From positions 35,154,001 through 35,218,000 of the forward strand of contig OX597836.1 in the NCBI GenBank assembly GCA_951406725.2: a stretch of DNA of 64,000 nt, written 5' to 3'. Under the pieces are notes generated by a model. The model had not been told where the DNA came from. It saw only the letters and a program-made list of their open reading frames with translations, and searched no databases. This document shows positions 1-13,590 of the stretch, piece by piece (within the stretch, counting starts at the first letter, position 1; every line of letters starts with the position of its first letter). The translations under genes and the position numbers were made by a program. Source of the stretch: Octopus vulgaris. Its lineage: Eukaryota.

Positions 1-124
1 TTAAGTTTATTAATGATTGCGTTACATGATATATATGAAGTTAGAGTCTCTGAGATGTGGTCTGCAAAGACGCCACGAAATTAAGCTTGGTGGAATTTAT
101 TTACATCTTACAAACATTCGGAAA

Positions 125-1179
125 TTATAAACCAACGGTCATCTGAAAGAGAAAATGGAATTATTGATAAAATATATATGAAAGTATCAGAGTGGAATGT
201 ACTAATGCCCAAATGAATCCCTATGGCTGGATATCACAAAAATTCATATTTTATAATTGAGACTTATCCCTAATGAATGGAGTGTAGAAACGATCTTTTC
301 AGGAATTTGAATATATTAATCAGAATGGAGAAATAAATATAAAGTAATGGGAGAAGGAGCGAAATCTCTTATAAATCAGTCCATATTGACTTAAGAAATA
401 ATTTCAGATTGGATAAGTAAAGCTTCACATAAGAAAACAGAGTGGAAAGCGTTAGAATGTCAACGTTTTTCAGCATTTTAACTTAGATCTTGTCTGAATT
501 AAGACTGAAAATCTGCAGCTAAACATTTATAAGGTAATTTACGTGAAAACATACCAGAAAGTACTGCCAATGGGCTTCGTGGACTTTTTGCTCCATTGTT
601 TTACTCGGAGTAGCATCTGTTGCATTACATACTTTAACGTGGTCCCTTGATTTTTGACGCGACGGAAACGTCTTGTGACATCGTCCACATTCGAATGGTT
701 CATCTATAAAATGCTTCAAAACATGGTCCTGAAATGTAACGATATTAATCGTTCGTTTCAATGTATTGATATGTTATACATAAAGAGAAATCAATGAATT
801 TGGAAATATTAAATACATTCATAAAGTATAAAGTAAAATATAATAATAATATGAATATACATACATTGAAATGACCACGGTGTCTGAAATGTTTATCACA
901 AAGTTTACAGGTAAACCGAAATTTCTCTTCATGAACAAGCTTGTGGTAGTTTAATGAAGTATTTCGAGTGAATCTCTTCTTACATATGTCGCACTGGTAC
1001 GGCTTGACGCCTGTAAAAAGGAAGTAATAATTATCATTATTTGAACATGATTAAAATACTTTGAGCATCAACTGAAATAAAATGTATAAATGCAATGACT
1101 TACCGTAATGACTCCTCATGTGAGTTGTTAATGAAGATTTCGAAGTAAATGTCTTGGAACATAATGAACATGTGCACAT
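125..1179 (-). CDS. Zinc-finger gene copy 1: 4 coding exons (1179-1104, 1010-865, 728-555, 142-125), 137 aa, 3x C2H2 + 1x C2HC
   Basis: Manual splicing with GT-AG introns (donors gtaagt, gtatgt, gtatgt; acceptors tttacag, atttcag, ttttctctttcag; phases 1,0,0) gives MCTCSLCSKTFTSKSSLTTHMRSHYGVKPYQCDICKKRFTRNTSLNYHKLVHEEKFRFTCKLCDKHFRHRGHFNDHVLKHFIDEPFECGRCHKTFPSRQKSRDHVKVCNATDATPSKTMEQKVHEAHWQYFLMTVGL*. AATAAA on the minus strand at 97-102 and 6-11. The last exon and the start codon are less certain than exons 1-3. Confidence 0.85.
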
Positions 1180-1384
1180 CGTGCTTATATTGTATAAGTT
1201 GGGATTAATAAATGGAAAAATTGATGTAGTTTATATGTGTGTGTGTGGTTTGTATAATCTTGTATATCTAATTAGAAATATTTACAGAAATATAAGTGTG
1301 TGTATAATGTAAATCGATGGAGATGTGAAAGGCAAGAGAGGGAGAGAAGCTGGTCACCTTCCTGTCATATACTAAGGTATGAAT

Positions 1385-1479
1385 AGGTAAATAATTAAGG
1401 GATGCAGCCTATTTGTAGTACAACAAAATTTCAAGACACTCACACACACATACACACGCACACACACATGTTATTAGCC

Positions 1480-1551
<72 letters not shown>

Positions 1552-2137
1552 TTTAAAGTAGATAAAGGTGAGATGGTATAAGTGAAGGATAGGTCGCATT
1601 TGGGGGCTGCTGTTCACAGCTTAACTCCCACCCCTCAAAAACACACACGTGTTTTAGCTTTTGTCTTTCTTCCTTTTTTTAAAGAAGGTAATGACGTGGC
1701 TGGAAAGGTGTAGGATAGGTAGGTAATTTGGGCTGCTATTTTCTGCTCACCTCACATCCACCATCTCAAACACACACACATTTCAATAGCTTCTTCATAT
1801 CTGTCTTTCTTTATTTAAATTTTTTTTAAAAAGGTAAGTTTCAGCGGGTACAGGTGTGGGGTAGTTAGTTGTTTGTGGCTAGTATTGGCTGCTTAACTCC
1901 CAGCTCCCATCACTCTCGCTCTCTCTCTCTCTCTTTACTTCTTTCTCTAACACACACATAGTATAAGGAATAAAAGGTAATACGTTATATGCGTGTGCAT
2001 ACTCATATATATGTGTGTCTGTGTTTGTGTGTTTGTAAGGTAGATGGAGAGGTGATATTGATTTATATACCTTTATATATACATAACTATGTATATTTAC
2101 ATACGCATCTGTAATTATAAGATGTTATACATGCATG

Positions 2138-2200
<63 letters not shown>
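1385..2200 (+). repeat. Composite module of diverged ~140-bp sub-repeats (about 13 module copies in the window)
   Basis: The motif GGCTGCT(ATTYWCTGCT)TAACTCCCA occurs about 3 times per module, separated by (CA)n and CT-rich tracts. Other copies start near 3990, 11220, 13420, 22595, 25225, 33365, 37675, 40210, 46435, 49080, 56385 and 58590. Confidence 0.8.
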
Positions 2201-2201
<1 letters not shown>

Positions 2202-2416
2202 CATACATACATATATATATATATAAAATTGAGGATAAAATCCTTATATTCATAGATACCGCAAGCTAGGAGGGGCCCCTATGGCCATAACTACTAAAAT
2301 AATCAAACTGTACCGAATGCAAAACTTCAAAGCAAGTCATTTAAAAAATATATATGTGTGTATATCTATATATATATATATATATATATGTATACAGATA
2401 TAAGCATATACATACA

Positions 2417-2458
<42 letters not shown>

Positions 2459-2540
2459 AACATGTATACATTTAGATATATATATGTGGGTGTATCTATA
2501 TATATATATATATGTATACAGATATAAGCATATACATACA

Positions 2541-2596
<56 letters not shown>

Positions 2597-2628
2597 TACA
2601 TATGTCTACACACACACATATATATATA

Positions 2629-3522
2629 CAGGGTGATCGAAAAGTAACTCTCTATTTTAAAATACTTATAATTTATTTATTAACATTAATTTTTTCCTCA
2701 CATTTGTTGTTTATGTTCTTTAAGGTATGGGAATTTATTTTATTTAACTTATTTTTTTCAGATCGATTATTTTGTTTGATATTTAGAAGCCCTACAAATA
2801 TGATCTGATCCCTTTAAGAATATCCCCTGAAGTGATGAAGCGGTATTCCACACCGGTAGGTCTTTGAACCGTCACAACTGCCAATACTGGGCGGAAGAAG
2901 ATCCACGTATTACCTCTGAAGAAATGCAGAATCGGCACAAAGTAACGGTATGGTGTGGAATGACTTCGGATCGCATTGTGGGTCCTTTCATCCTTTGCAA
3001 TATCATGAATACTGAATGGTACCTCACCATGCTACATGATGATATCTGGCAAGTTATCAGTACTTGGGAGAATATTGAAGATCTGATATTTTATGCAAGA
3101 TGGCGCTCCTCCACATTTTGCTATTGTTTGTGAATGGCTGAATGCCCGCTTCCCTGGGAGATGGATGGGTGCTCGATGTCAGAATGATTGGCCGCCAGAA
3201 GCCCTGATTTAAGACTCTGCGACTTCTTTCTTTGGGGTCGGTTAAAGGAGCAAGTCTGCTCTATCAAACCAGTGCCTTTGGAAGAACTTGAAGGGCAAAT
3301 ACGAGAAGTTATGTCTTCCATCCCACAAGAGTTCCTAATGAAATCAGTTGATGCGGTTCCTGGGCGCTTGACAAGCTCGGTGGCGAATGCTGGTGTCTAT
3401 ATCGAATTTAAATAAAACTCTATGCTGTATGCTTTCTTAACATAGTGATTTTTTCTAAAAATTATAGTTAATAAATAAATTATAAGTGTTTTAAAATAGG
3501 GAGTTACTTGTTGATCACCCGG
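2629..3522 (+). mobile_element. Tc1/mariner-superfamily transposon, DD41D (rosa)-like, internally deleted and frameshifted
   Basis: TIRs of about 55 bp (CAGGGTGATCGAAAAGTAACTC... / ...GAGTTACTTGTTGATCACCCGG) flanked by TA. Transposase remnants NRHNCQYW, VTVWCG, GPF, QDGAPPH, WPxRSPDL, CDFFLWG, with about 40 residues between the second and third catalytic Asp. Confidence 0.88.
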
Positions 3523-3529
3523 TATATAT

Positions 3530-3868
<339 letters not shown>

Positions 3869-4666
3869 TTTATAATTATAGATATAAAAAAACTTTTTGT
3901 GCAAGTTTTTACCGATAACGGTTCTATTTCCACATCGAAACTACTTGGAAAAATTTATTAATTATTAAATTAATAGTTCTTTACCCTAATTGGGTAAATA
4001 ATTATGGGATGTAGTTTATTTGTAGTACTACAATATTTCAAGAAACACACACACACATACACACGCACACACACACACATCTTATTAGATTCTTCCTTTC
4101 GTTTTCTTTTTAAAGTAGGTATAGGTGTAGGATAGGTCGCATTTTGGGGCTGCTATTTACTGCTTAACTCCCACCATCCCCCTCAAATACACACACGTCT
4201 TTTGGCTTCTGTCTTTCTTTCCTTTTTTAAAGTAGGTAATGGTGAGACGGTAAAGGTATGTATTTTGGGCTGCTATTTTCTGCTTATCTCCCATCCACTA
4301 TCACGAACACACACACATTTCAATAGCTTCTTTTCTTGCAGTCTTTCTTTATTTAATTTTTTAAAGAAGGTGGAGTTGAGCTAGTATTGGCTGCTTAACT
4401 CCTGCCCCCATCACTCTCTCTCTCTCTCTCTCTCTCTTTACTTCTTTCTCTCACACACACATCCCTATAAGCCCTTACGTCTACACATGTTAGGTACAAA
4501 TAATTCATGGGAGCTATTGGGGACATTTTGGTAGAACTGCGTCGTAATTTTAGATTCAAATGAATATGGTACTTAATTTAGATGCATCAGAATTTTGTAT
4601 GGTGTTATCCATAAAAATCCGTGGGGTGATTATAATCAAAATAAGCAACAAGTATGACTCCGGTCA

Positions 4667-4751
<85 letters not shown>

Positions 4752-4837
4752 TTGTGTGTTTGTAAGGCGAAGGAAGATGATGTTGACTTATACACCTAAG
4801 TATATACTTATATAGGTGTCTGTAGTTATATGAAGCT

Positions 4838-4894
<57 letters not shown>

Positions 4895-5021
4895 CATACA
4901 TATATATATATATATATGTACATACACGTATGTTTATTTATGTATATAGGTATAAATATATATATATATGTGTATATCAATATATATATAGATGTAAACA
5001 GATATAAGCATATACACAGAC

Positions 5022-5068
<47 letters not shown>

Positions 5069-5072
5069 GATA

Positions 5073-5278
5073 CATAATTGTAAATTTAATTAAGAAAGTA
5101 GCAACAAGTTACTTCACCACATATTCGAAAATTTAGAAACAGCAGCCAAAGACAGCTAATTCGTTTCACTAGAGACATTGTGAAAGGAATTAACTGTCTT
5201 TCGCTGCTTTTTCTAAATTTTCGGTATGTAATGAAGCAACTTGTTGCTAAACCCTTAATTATATTTATAATTATATAT
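5073..5278. repeat. Long palindrome, family H (arms about 100 bp)
   Basis: Self-complementary from ataattgtaaatttaattaag to cttaattatatttataattat. Confidence 0.85.
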
Positions 5279-5379
5279 AAAAAAAAAAAATATTTTTATA
5301 CCGATAATGTTTCTTTTTCCATACCGAAATTACTTGTTAAAATTTATTAATTATGAAATTACTAATTCTTTACCCTACA

Positions 5380-5469
<90 letters not shown>

Positions 5470-5634
5470 TAATTGTGTGCCCGTGAACGATATGTGTGCA
5501 GGGTATATATCTATATGACAGTGAATGGGAGAGGGTAAAATATAGAAAGAGAAATGCAGAGAGAGAGAGACACCCAAAGACGACATGGAACCATATATTT
5601 ATATGCATAGATAGATAGATAGATAGATAGATAC

Positions 5635-5694
<60 letters not shown>

Positions 5695-6570
5695 TCATAT
5701 TACAAACAAGCATACATGCATACATGCATACATACATATATACGTGCATGTAGACACATACACAGAAACACACACACACACACGCGTGCGTGCAGGGGTG
5801 TGCGCGTGAAGAGCGGGTATACAAATTCTTCACCTTTCTAACCTTTGTTCAATATTTTTGTCTCCGTTCCGTTTTCAGGCTATATTCTTTTAATAATGAA
5901 AAATGTTTTCAATGAATTCTTTTACTGGACCTAAAACAGAAAAAAACAAAACCTAAACAATAATATAAACCATAGACTTTATATATATAAAGACATAAAT
6001 GTATAACAACACACGGGAAATCATAAAAGTAAAGTGAAATACAATGGCGCAAGAGTCAAAAAACATCAACACTTTTTTATGTCTGACTTGTTATTGTTTT
6101 CATTCTGTTTTTACTGTAAATTGAGATTTGATATATTATTGTTGTTTCCGAGTTATTGTTGTTGCTGCTGGAGCTGCCATCGTCGTCGTCGTCGCATCTG
6201 ATATTGTTATTGTTGTTATTGTCGTTGTTGCTGTTGTTGTTGAAACAAGAGGAAGCTCATTGCCAATCAAATATCGTATTTCTTCTGCGCAGTCTTTGTT
6301 GTTAATTCTAAATTCAACTACTTTCCACCCCTCTACCCGTCCTTGATCGACATACAGACATTGTAAAAATCCTCTTGATCTGCTTCTAACCATTAAGACA
6401 AACTTACGTCAAGCCACAGCTGTCTTTGTACATAGAGAGGCGTCTAGCAAACTACCTTGCCGTGATTATTCGCCACACATCCATATACCACGCAACACCC
6501 CCCACACCATGTCTAGGACTAACAGCATTTCAAGTTAGCTGACCAGTCTGAGCTTTACCAGTTCTTTAAT

Positions 6571-6700
6571 AACCTATTTCTTTACTACCCACAAAGGGCT
6601 AAACACAGAGGGGACAAATAAGGACAGACAAACGGATTAAGTAGATTACATCGACACCAGTGCGTAACTGGTACTTAATTTATAGACCCCAAAAGGGGTC
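6571..6700 (-). mobile_element. Partial tRNA-derived SINE, 3' part (duplicate at about 51685-51815)
   Basis: Reverse complement of the 3' half of the SINE at 7071-7302. Confidence 0.75.
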
Positions 6701-6739
6701 TATTTGGTTGAGTGCTAGACTGTATCGGGAGGAAGTCCA

Positions 6740-7065
6740 CTTGACTGAATGGCATTATGTCATTCATGAGGACATTCTAACCGCTGGTCCACAGACGGGC
6801 TGTCTCCTCTGTCTTTGAAGCAAGTACACCGGTTTCTGTTCCTTGAATCTAGCTGGTCTCGAATCACCTTTCTTTAGGGATATACCCATCTCTCCTCCTT
6901 TCATCAACCATATTGAGTTCAATCTCCCAAACCTCGCGCTAACCAAAGCTCCCAGTCCTTTCATACTAGAATATCAGCCTTCTGGAATTCCCTTCCTGCA
7001 CAATGTTCTTTCCTTCAGCTGACGGATTGCAACGGTTTAAGCGGAACGTTCATGATATCAGTCTC
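6740..7065 (+). mobile_element. Old LINE 3' ORF2 fragment (CR1/L2/Jockey-like); duplicate at about 51855-52180
   Basis: Frameshifted remnants resembling PLVHRRAVSS and WNSLPA..FPS..LQRFKRNV, typical of LINE ORF2 C-termini. Confidence 0.5.
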
Positions 7066-7070
7066 ACCAT

Positions 7071-7492
7071 GCGGCGAGCTGGCAGAAGCGTTAGCACACC
7101 GGGCGAAATGCTTAGCGGTATTTCGTCTGCCGCTACGTTCTGAGTTCAAATTCTGCCGATGTCGACTTTGCCTTTCATCCTTTCGGGGTCGATTAAATAA
7201 GTACCAGTTACGCACTGGGGTCGATATAATCGACTTAATCCGTTTGTCTGTTCTTGTTTGTACTTTCTGTGTTTAGCCCCTTGTGGGTAGTAAAGAAATA
7301 GGTATTTCGCCCGTCGCTACGTTCTGAGTTCAAATTCTGCTGAGGTCGACTTTGCCTTTCATCCTTTCGGGGTCGATTAAATAAGTACCAGTTACGCACT
7401 GGGGGCGATATAATCGACTTAATCCGTTTGTCTGTCCTTGTTTGTCCCCTCTGTGTTTAGCCCCTTGTGGGTAGTAAAGAAATAGGTATTTC
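7071..7492 (+). mobile_element. tRNA-derived SINE with Nin-type core: full copy plus tandem 5'-truncated copy
   Basis: A box GCTGGCAGAAGCG, B box GAGTTCAAATTC, core GTCGACTTTGCCTTTCATCCTTTCGGGGTCGA..AAGTACCAG. Flanked by the direct repeat GTCTCACCA (7061-7069, 7493-7501). Confidence 0.85.
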
Positions 7493-8381
7493 GTCTCACC
7501 AGTCTCGGTGAATCCGTGAAGGCCGTGGTCACAGTCCGTTCCTCCACACCAAACCAAAGAAAAGAAATCAGAATCAGAACCAGTGTCCCATTTCTTTCAT
7601 ATACATGTATTTCTAAATAAATTTCAATTATCGCTAAGATAACATTAAACAAACGAAAAGAGAAATGAAACAGAAATACACAAAAAGAAAAATTAAACAA
7701 CGTTATTGAGTTTCTGTTTTATTTGTTTTAATGAATATATTATGAGTACTGCAGGCATAGTTCGGCATTGATATTCATTAGAAAAACAAACTTTGAAGAA
7801 ATACAAGCTACGATCTGCTCGTCAGATAAACATATCTGTGTGGGTGGAAAGAACGTGTAGCAACGAGTGTGGTTCACCTTATTTCACCTGGCTTTACATA
7901 TTGCTATGACGTCAAGTTAAAATTTGACATTGGTAAAATCTTTGCATATTATTATGCAAGTCAATGACTTGATATCATAGGAGGAAACTAATAAAACAAA
8001 TTTACAAAAAAAAAACTGAATTAATCTCAATGTTGGCATTGTATGCCATATTGAATTCAATCTTCGTCTCTAGAGGCGATCAACTGCTTCTATACCGACG
8101 ACACTGACAGAAGATTATAAACTTACTGAAATTTCACAGAAATACATTAGAGGGGATTTTATTTGTTTGTATAGCTATTGTCTGAATTATTTTAAATATG
8201 AGAACTTCCTTTCGACAACTGAATAAGAATCGTGTATTTAAAACAGCCCACTCAATAAATTGTTTACAAAGCAATATTTGTAGTCAGCACAACTCGATTT
8301 CAATTTTATATATGAATTATCATAAACATAGTATTTACAGGGAAGGTGCTAGTAAAGACTTAAATATAGCTTGCTCTGCAG

Positions 8382-8537
8382 GTGGAGGCGCAATGGCCCA
8401 GTGGTTAGGGCAGCGGACTCGCGGTCTTTGGATCACGGTTTCGATTCCCAGACCGGTCGTTGTGTATGTTTATTGAGTGAAAACACCTAACGCTCCACGA
8501 GGCTCCGGCAAGGGGTGGTAGCGACCCCTGTTGTACT
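8382..8537 (+). mobile_element. Second tRNA-derived SINE family (tRNA-Arg-like head)
   Basis: A box TGGCCCAGTGG and B box GGTTTCGATTCC, followed by a non-tRNA body and poly(A). Confidence 0.7.
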
Positions 8538-8548
8538 AAAAAAAAAAA

Positions 8549-8778
8549 GGCGGCGAGCTGGCAGAAACGTTAGCACACCGGGCGAAATGCGTAGCCGTAT
8601 TTCGTCTGCCGTTACGTTCTGGGTTCAAATTCCGCCGAGGTCGACTTTGCATGTCATTCATTCGGGGTCGATAAATTAAGTACCAATTACGCACTGGGGT
8701 CGACGTAATCGACTTCATCCGTTTGTCTGTCCTTGTTTGTCCCCTTTATGTTTAGCCCCTTGCGGGTAGTAAAAAAAT
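8549..8778 (+). mobile_element. Nin-core tRNA SINE
   Basis: Homologous to 7071-7302. Confidence 0.85.
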
Positions 8779-9151
8779 ATATAGCTTGCTCTGCAGTTAA
8801 CCGTTCCGACTCGCTTTGTTCTGAGTTCAAGGCATGATGGAGTCGAATTTGCCTTTCACCGTTTTGAGTTCGATAAACTATCAATACTGTACTGGGATTG
8901 ATTCGTCTAATTTCTTTCTTTCGATTCGCTGCTGCATAACACGTTGGGGACGACTCCCTCGTAGTGCTGGGTGTTAAAACACCTGAAGTAATTGACAGGT
9001 GAGACAACTCGCTCGAATCCCATTGAGCAGTAATGGATACCAATGTTTCACAATTTTTTTTGGCTTATCAACATCGTGTACCCGAATCAAACCGAATCTC
9101 TAGTCTATAGTTATATACAATGAGTATGACTATATTATATATATATATAGA

Positions 9152-9214
9152 TTACGGTGACATAAACACACCAGCATCGGTTGTCAAGTGATGGTGGGAT
9201 GGGGGAAAAACACA

Positions 9215-9275
<61 letters not shown>

Positions 9276-9450
9276 GTATGTATATATATATAACGGGTTT
9301 CTTTCAGTTTCCGTCTACCAAATTCACTCACAAGGTTTTGGCTGGCCCGAAGATATAGTACACTTGGCCAAGGTGCTACGCAGTGGAATTAAACCCGGAA
9401 CCATGTGCTTGGGAACTAAGATTCTTACCACACAGCCCCTGACGCGCCTC
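9152..9450 (-). mobile_element. Partial SINE with internal (CA)n(TA)n; same family as 10672-11102
   Basis: Shared blocks taaacacaccagcatcggttgtcaag and ctttcagtttccgtctaccaaat. Confidence 0.75.
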
Positions 9451-9762
9451 TTATGTGGTTAAAATTTCGAAAAATAATAATACATACTTATTGCAAATGT
9501 ACAAAGGAAAAATCCGTCTTATTTGATTTAGTTTTATTTAGTTTTTATATATTGTGATAAATGTTTTTTCCTTTGAAAATTAGTAATCTTTTCATCATTT
9601 TTGTAAAAGCGCCAGGAAATTTCGTAAATGCTAAATAATTATTTTATGAATGGTATATTTCCTGATATAATTCATGTTAGCAAATGTATACTTCCAGACT
9701 TACCCGACGTGTGACGAGTACTCTCTAGTATTAGTATTATAATAATATTGTTATTATTGTAA

Positions 9763-10225
9763 AGGCGGGGAGTTGGAAGTATCGCTAGCACGCCAGGCGA
9801 AATGTTTAGCAGCATTTCGTCTGCCGTTACGTTCTGAGTTCAAATTCCGCCGGAGTCGACTTTGCCTTTCATCCTTTCGGAGTCGATAAAATAAATACCA
9901 GTTGAGTACTGTGATCGATGTAATCGATTTATCCCCGCCCCAAAAATTTCAGGCCTTATGCCTATAATAGAAAAGATTATTGGAAAGACGGTGAGCTGGT
10001 AGTATGGTTAGCACGCCAGGCGAAATGCGTAGCGGGATTTCGTCCGTTCTTACATTCTGAGTTCAAATTCCGTCGAGGTCAACTTTACCTTTTAACCTTC
10101 CAGAGTCGATAAAATAAGCACCAGTTGAGCACTTGGGGTCAATGTAATCGACTAACATCCTCCCTCGAAATTGCTGGCCTTGTGCCATAATTTGAAATCA
10201 ATATTATTATTACTATTATTATTAC

Positions 10226-10274
<49 letters not shown>

Positions 10275-10505
10275 GTTGTTGTTGTTAATGTAAGGGCGAT
10301 GAGCTGGTAGAATCGTTGGCACGCCGGAAAAAATTATTAGCGGCCTTTCGTGTGTCTTTTACTTCTAAGTTCAAATTCCACAAAGGTCAGCTTTGCTTTT
10401 CATCCTTTCGGGGTCGATAAAGTAAGTACCAGTTAAGCATTGGGATCGATGTAATCGACTTATCTCTTCCCCGAAATTGCTGGCCTTGTGCCAAATTTCG
10501 AAGTC
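9763..10505 (+). mobile_element. Three diverged Nin-core SINEs (about 9763-9975, 9987-10200, 10293-10505) with (ATT)n tails
   Basis: Each has A and B boxes and the core. (ATT)n tracts at 10200-10275 and 10508-10580. Confidence 0.8.
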
Positions 10506-10507
10506 AA

Positions 10508-10579
<72 letters not shown>

Positions 10580-10671
10580 CATCACCATTGTAGTATTATA
10601 TACTTATATAGTATTATCATTATAATATTCAAACTCGAAATGACATGAATTTTAAATAAAAGAAATAATTC

Positions 10672-10873
10672 ACTCTTTTACTCTTTTACTTGTTTCAGTC
10701 ATTTGACTGCGGCAATGCTGAAGCACTGCTTTTAGTCGAGCAAATCGACCCCAGGACTTATTCTTTGTAAGCCTAGTATTTACTCTATCGGTCTCTTTTG
10801 CCGAACCGCTAAGTTACGGAGACGTAAACACACCAGTATCGGTTGTCAAGCGATGTTGGGGGGATAAACATAG

Positions 10874-10944
<71 letters not shown>

Positions 10945-11102
10945 CGACGGGCTTCTTTCAGTTTCCCTCTACCAAATCCACTCACGAGGCTTTGGTCGAC
11001 CCACGGCTAAAGTAGAAGACACTTGCCCAAGGTGCCACGCAATGGGACTGAACCCGGAACCATGTGGCTGGTACGCATGCTACTTACCACACAGCCACTC
11101 CT
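10672..11102 (-). mobile_element. Full-length tRNA-derived SINE with CORE-like segment, internal microsatellite and (AAAGAGT)-type tail
   Basis: The minus strand begins AGGAGTGGCTGTGTGGTAAG, B box GGTTCAGTCCC, then CCTTGGGCAAGT. Confidence 0.8.
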
Positions 11103-11912
11103 ACGAAGTCTAGAGAATGGAAACTTATATGCAACCTCTGACAGATCATTGAATAAAAATACAGGGTGATTCAAAAGTCGTCATACATAAGAACAATTTA
11201 TTTTTTTATAAGAAACAGTTTGTAGGATAGGTAGGTAATTTGGGCTGCTATTTTCTGCTTATCTCCCACCTACCTTCTCAAACACACACACATTTCAATA
11301 GCTTTATCATTTCTTAATTTCTTTCTTTATTTAAATATTTTAAAAAAGGTACGTTTCAGCTGGTATAGGTGTGGGGTAGTTAGTTGTTTGTGGCTAGTAT
11401 TGGCTGCTTAACTCCCAGCCCCCATCAATCTCGCTCTCTCTCTCTCCCTCTCTCTTTACTTCTTTCTCTTACACTCACATCCCTATAAGCCCTTACGTAT
11501 ACACATGTCTATTAGGGAAATTTTGTTAATACTGCGACGCAAGCTTTGAATGCAACAATCAATGCGTGACCTCTTCTGTGAGAAATACGATGGCCTTTTA
11601 CCTTTAAGCATAATATATTTAAAGGTATATGCATTATATTTGTTTAAATATAACCTATTTTGGGGTAAATATAAAATAAATTCCATTAAACGAATCGTTT
11701 AAAATTGTTCATATAATATTTTAATATTGGTATTAGGGATAAAAGTTAATACCTTATATGCGTACGCATACACATATATATGTGTGTGTGTGTTTGTGTA
11801 TTTGTAAGGTAGATGGAGAGATGATATTGATTTATATACCTTTATATATACATAACTATATATATTTACAAACGCATCTGTAATTATAAGATGTTATACA
11901 TACATACATACA

Positions 11913-11987
<75 letters not shown>

Positions 11988-12146
11988 CTGTTTATCTATG
12001 TAGATATGTATATATATATATACATACAAGCATTTTTATTTTTATATATATGTATACATATGTATAGGTATATATATGTGTGTATATCTATATATATATA
12101 TGTATACAGATATAAGCATATACATATATACATATATGTATGTATG

Positions 12147-12235
<89 letters not shown>

Positions 12236-12411
12236 GAGTTTACGAAGAAAGCAAAAGACGAAGACAGGTGGTGTACAAAACAAAGTGATGTATTTGTATA
12301 ACGCTCAGGAATAGAAAAAGTCTTTTACGTTTCTACAGAAAGGGGCACAGAAAAAACAAGTAGAGAAAAAAATTTGTGTAGTGGCTAACGATCTATCACG
12401 GCGGCTATATG

Positions 12412-12477
<66 letters not shown>

Positions 12478-12642
12478 TATGTTTATGTATGTAGATATGT
12501 ATATATATACGTACAAATACGTATGTTTATTTATGTATATATGTATAAATATATATATGGACATATATATGTGTGTATATCTATATTTATATATATATAT
12601 ATATATATATATGTATACAGATATAAGCATATACATCCATCC

Positions 12643-12673
<31 letters not shown>

Positions 12674-12894
12674 ATTATGTCCACATATATAAACTTATCT
12701 ATGTATGTCTATAAATATATGTGTATATACATTCATCTATATATATATCTGTATACATATATATGTTTTTATATATAACTATATATATATATATATGTAT
12801 TTATTTCCTTCTTCCGTTCTTTCCTGAGCGTCCAGTAATAATTTATTTGCTCCACATCCTTGCGTTGTTGTTTTTTGTTTTCTTGTTTGGATTA

Positions 12895-13028
<134 letters not shown>

Positions 13029-13085
13029 GATATATATGTATATATATATATAGATATATAGAGAGAGAGAGTGAGAGAGAGAGAG

Positions 13086-13295
13086 AATTAAGGGTGTAGC
13101 AACAAGTTGTTTCACCACGTACCGAAAATTTAGAAATAGCAGACAAAGTCAGCTAATTCGAAAATTTAGAAATAGCAGCCAAAGACTACTAATTCGTGTA
13201 ACTAGTGCCATAGTGAATGGAATTAGCTGTCTTCGGCTGCTATTTCTAAATTTACGGTGTGTGGTGAAGCAACTTGTTGCAAAACCCGTAATTAT
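13086..13295. repeat. Long palindrome, family H, with a duplication of about 35 bp in the left arm
   Basis: aattaagggtgtagcaacaag...cttgttgcaaaacccgtaatt; cgaaaatttagaaatagcag occurs twice. Confidence 0.85.
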
Positions 13296-13506
13296 ATTTA
13301 TAATTATGTATAAAAAAAATCCTTTTTGTAGAAGGTTTTACCGATAAATGTTCTTTTTCCATACCAAAACTACTCGGTAATATTTATTAATTATTAAATT
13401 AATACTACTTTACTCTAAATAGGCAAATAATTATGGGATGTATTCTACTTGTAGTATAACAAAATTTCAAGACATGCACACACACATCTTATTAGCCTCT
13501 TTCTTT

Positions 13507-13590
<84 letters not shown>

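Noticed and set aside
519-761. 80-aa ORF taken as a complete single-exon gene
   Set aside because: It starts at a non-ATG codon in intron 2 and ends in intron 3. Only 555-728 is exon.
1555-1920. CRISPR-like array (short conserved motif with spacers)
   Set aside because: Eukaryotic context; the spacers are homologous to each other and microsatellite-rich; no cas genes.
6128-6393. Val/Thr-rich ORFs on both strands
   Set aside because: Derived from a (GTT)/(GCT)/(GTC) trinucleotide tract; no domain or splice support.
8382-8460. tRNA gene
   Set aside because: A and B boxes are present, but the acceptor stem does not pair and the sequence continues into a SINE body and poly(A).
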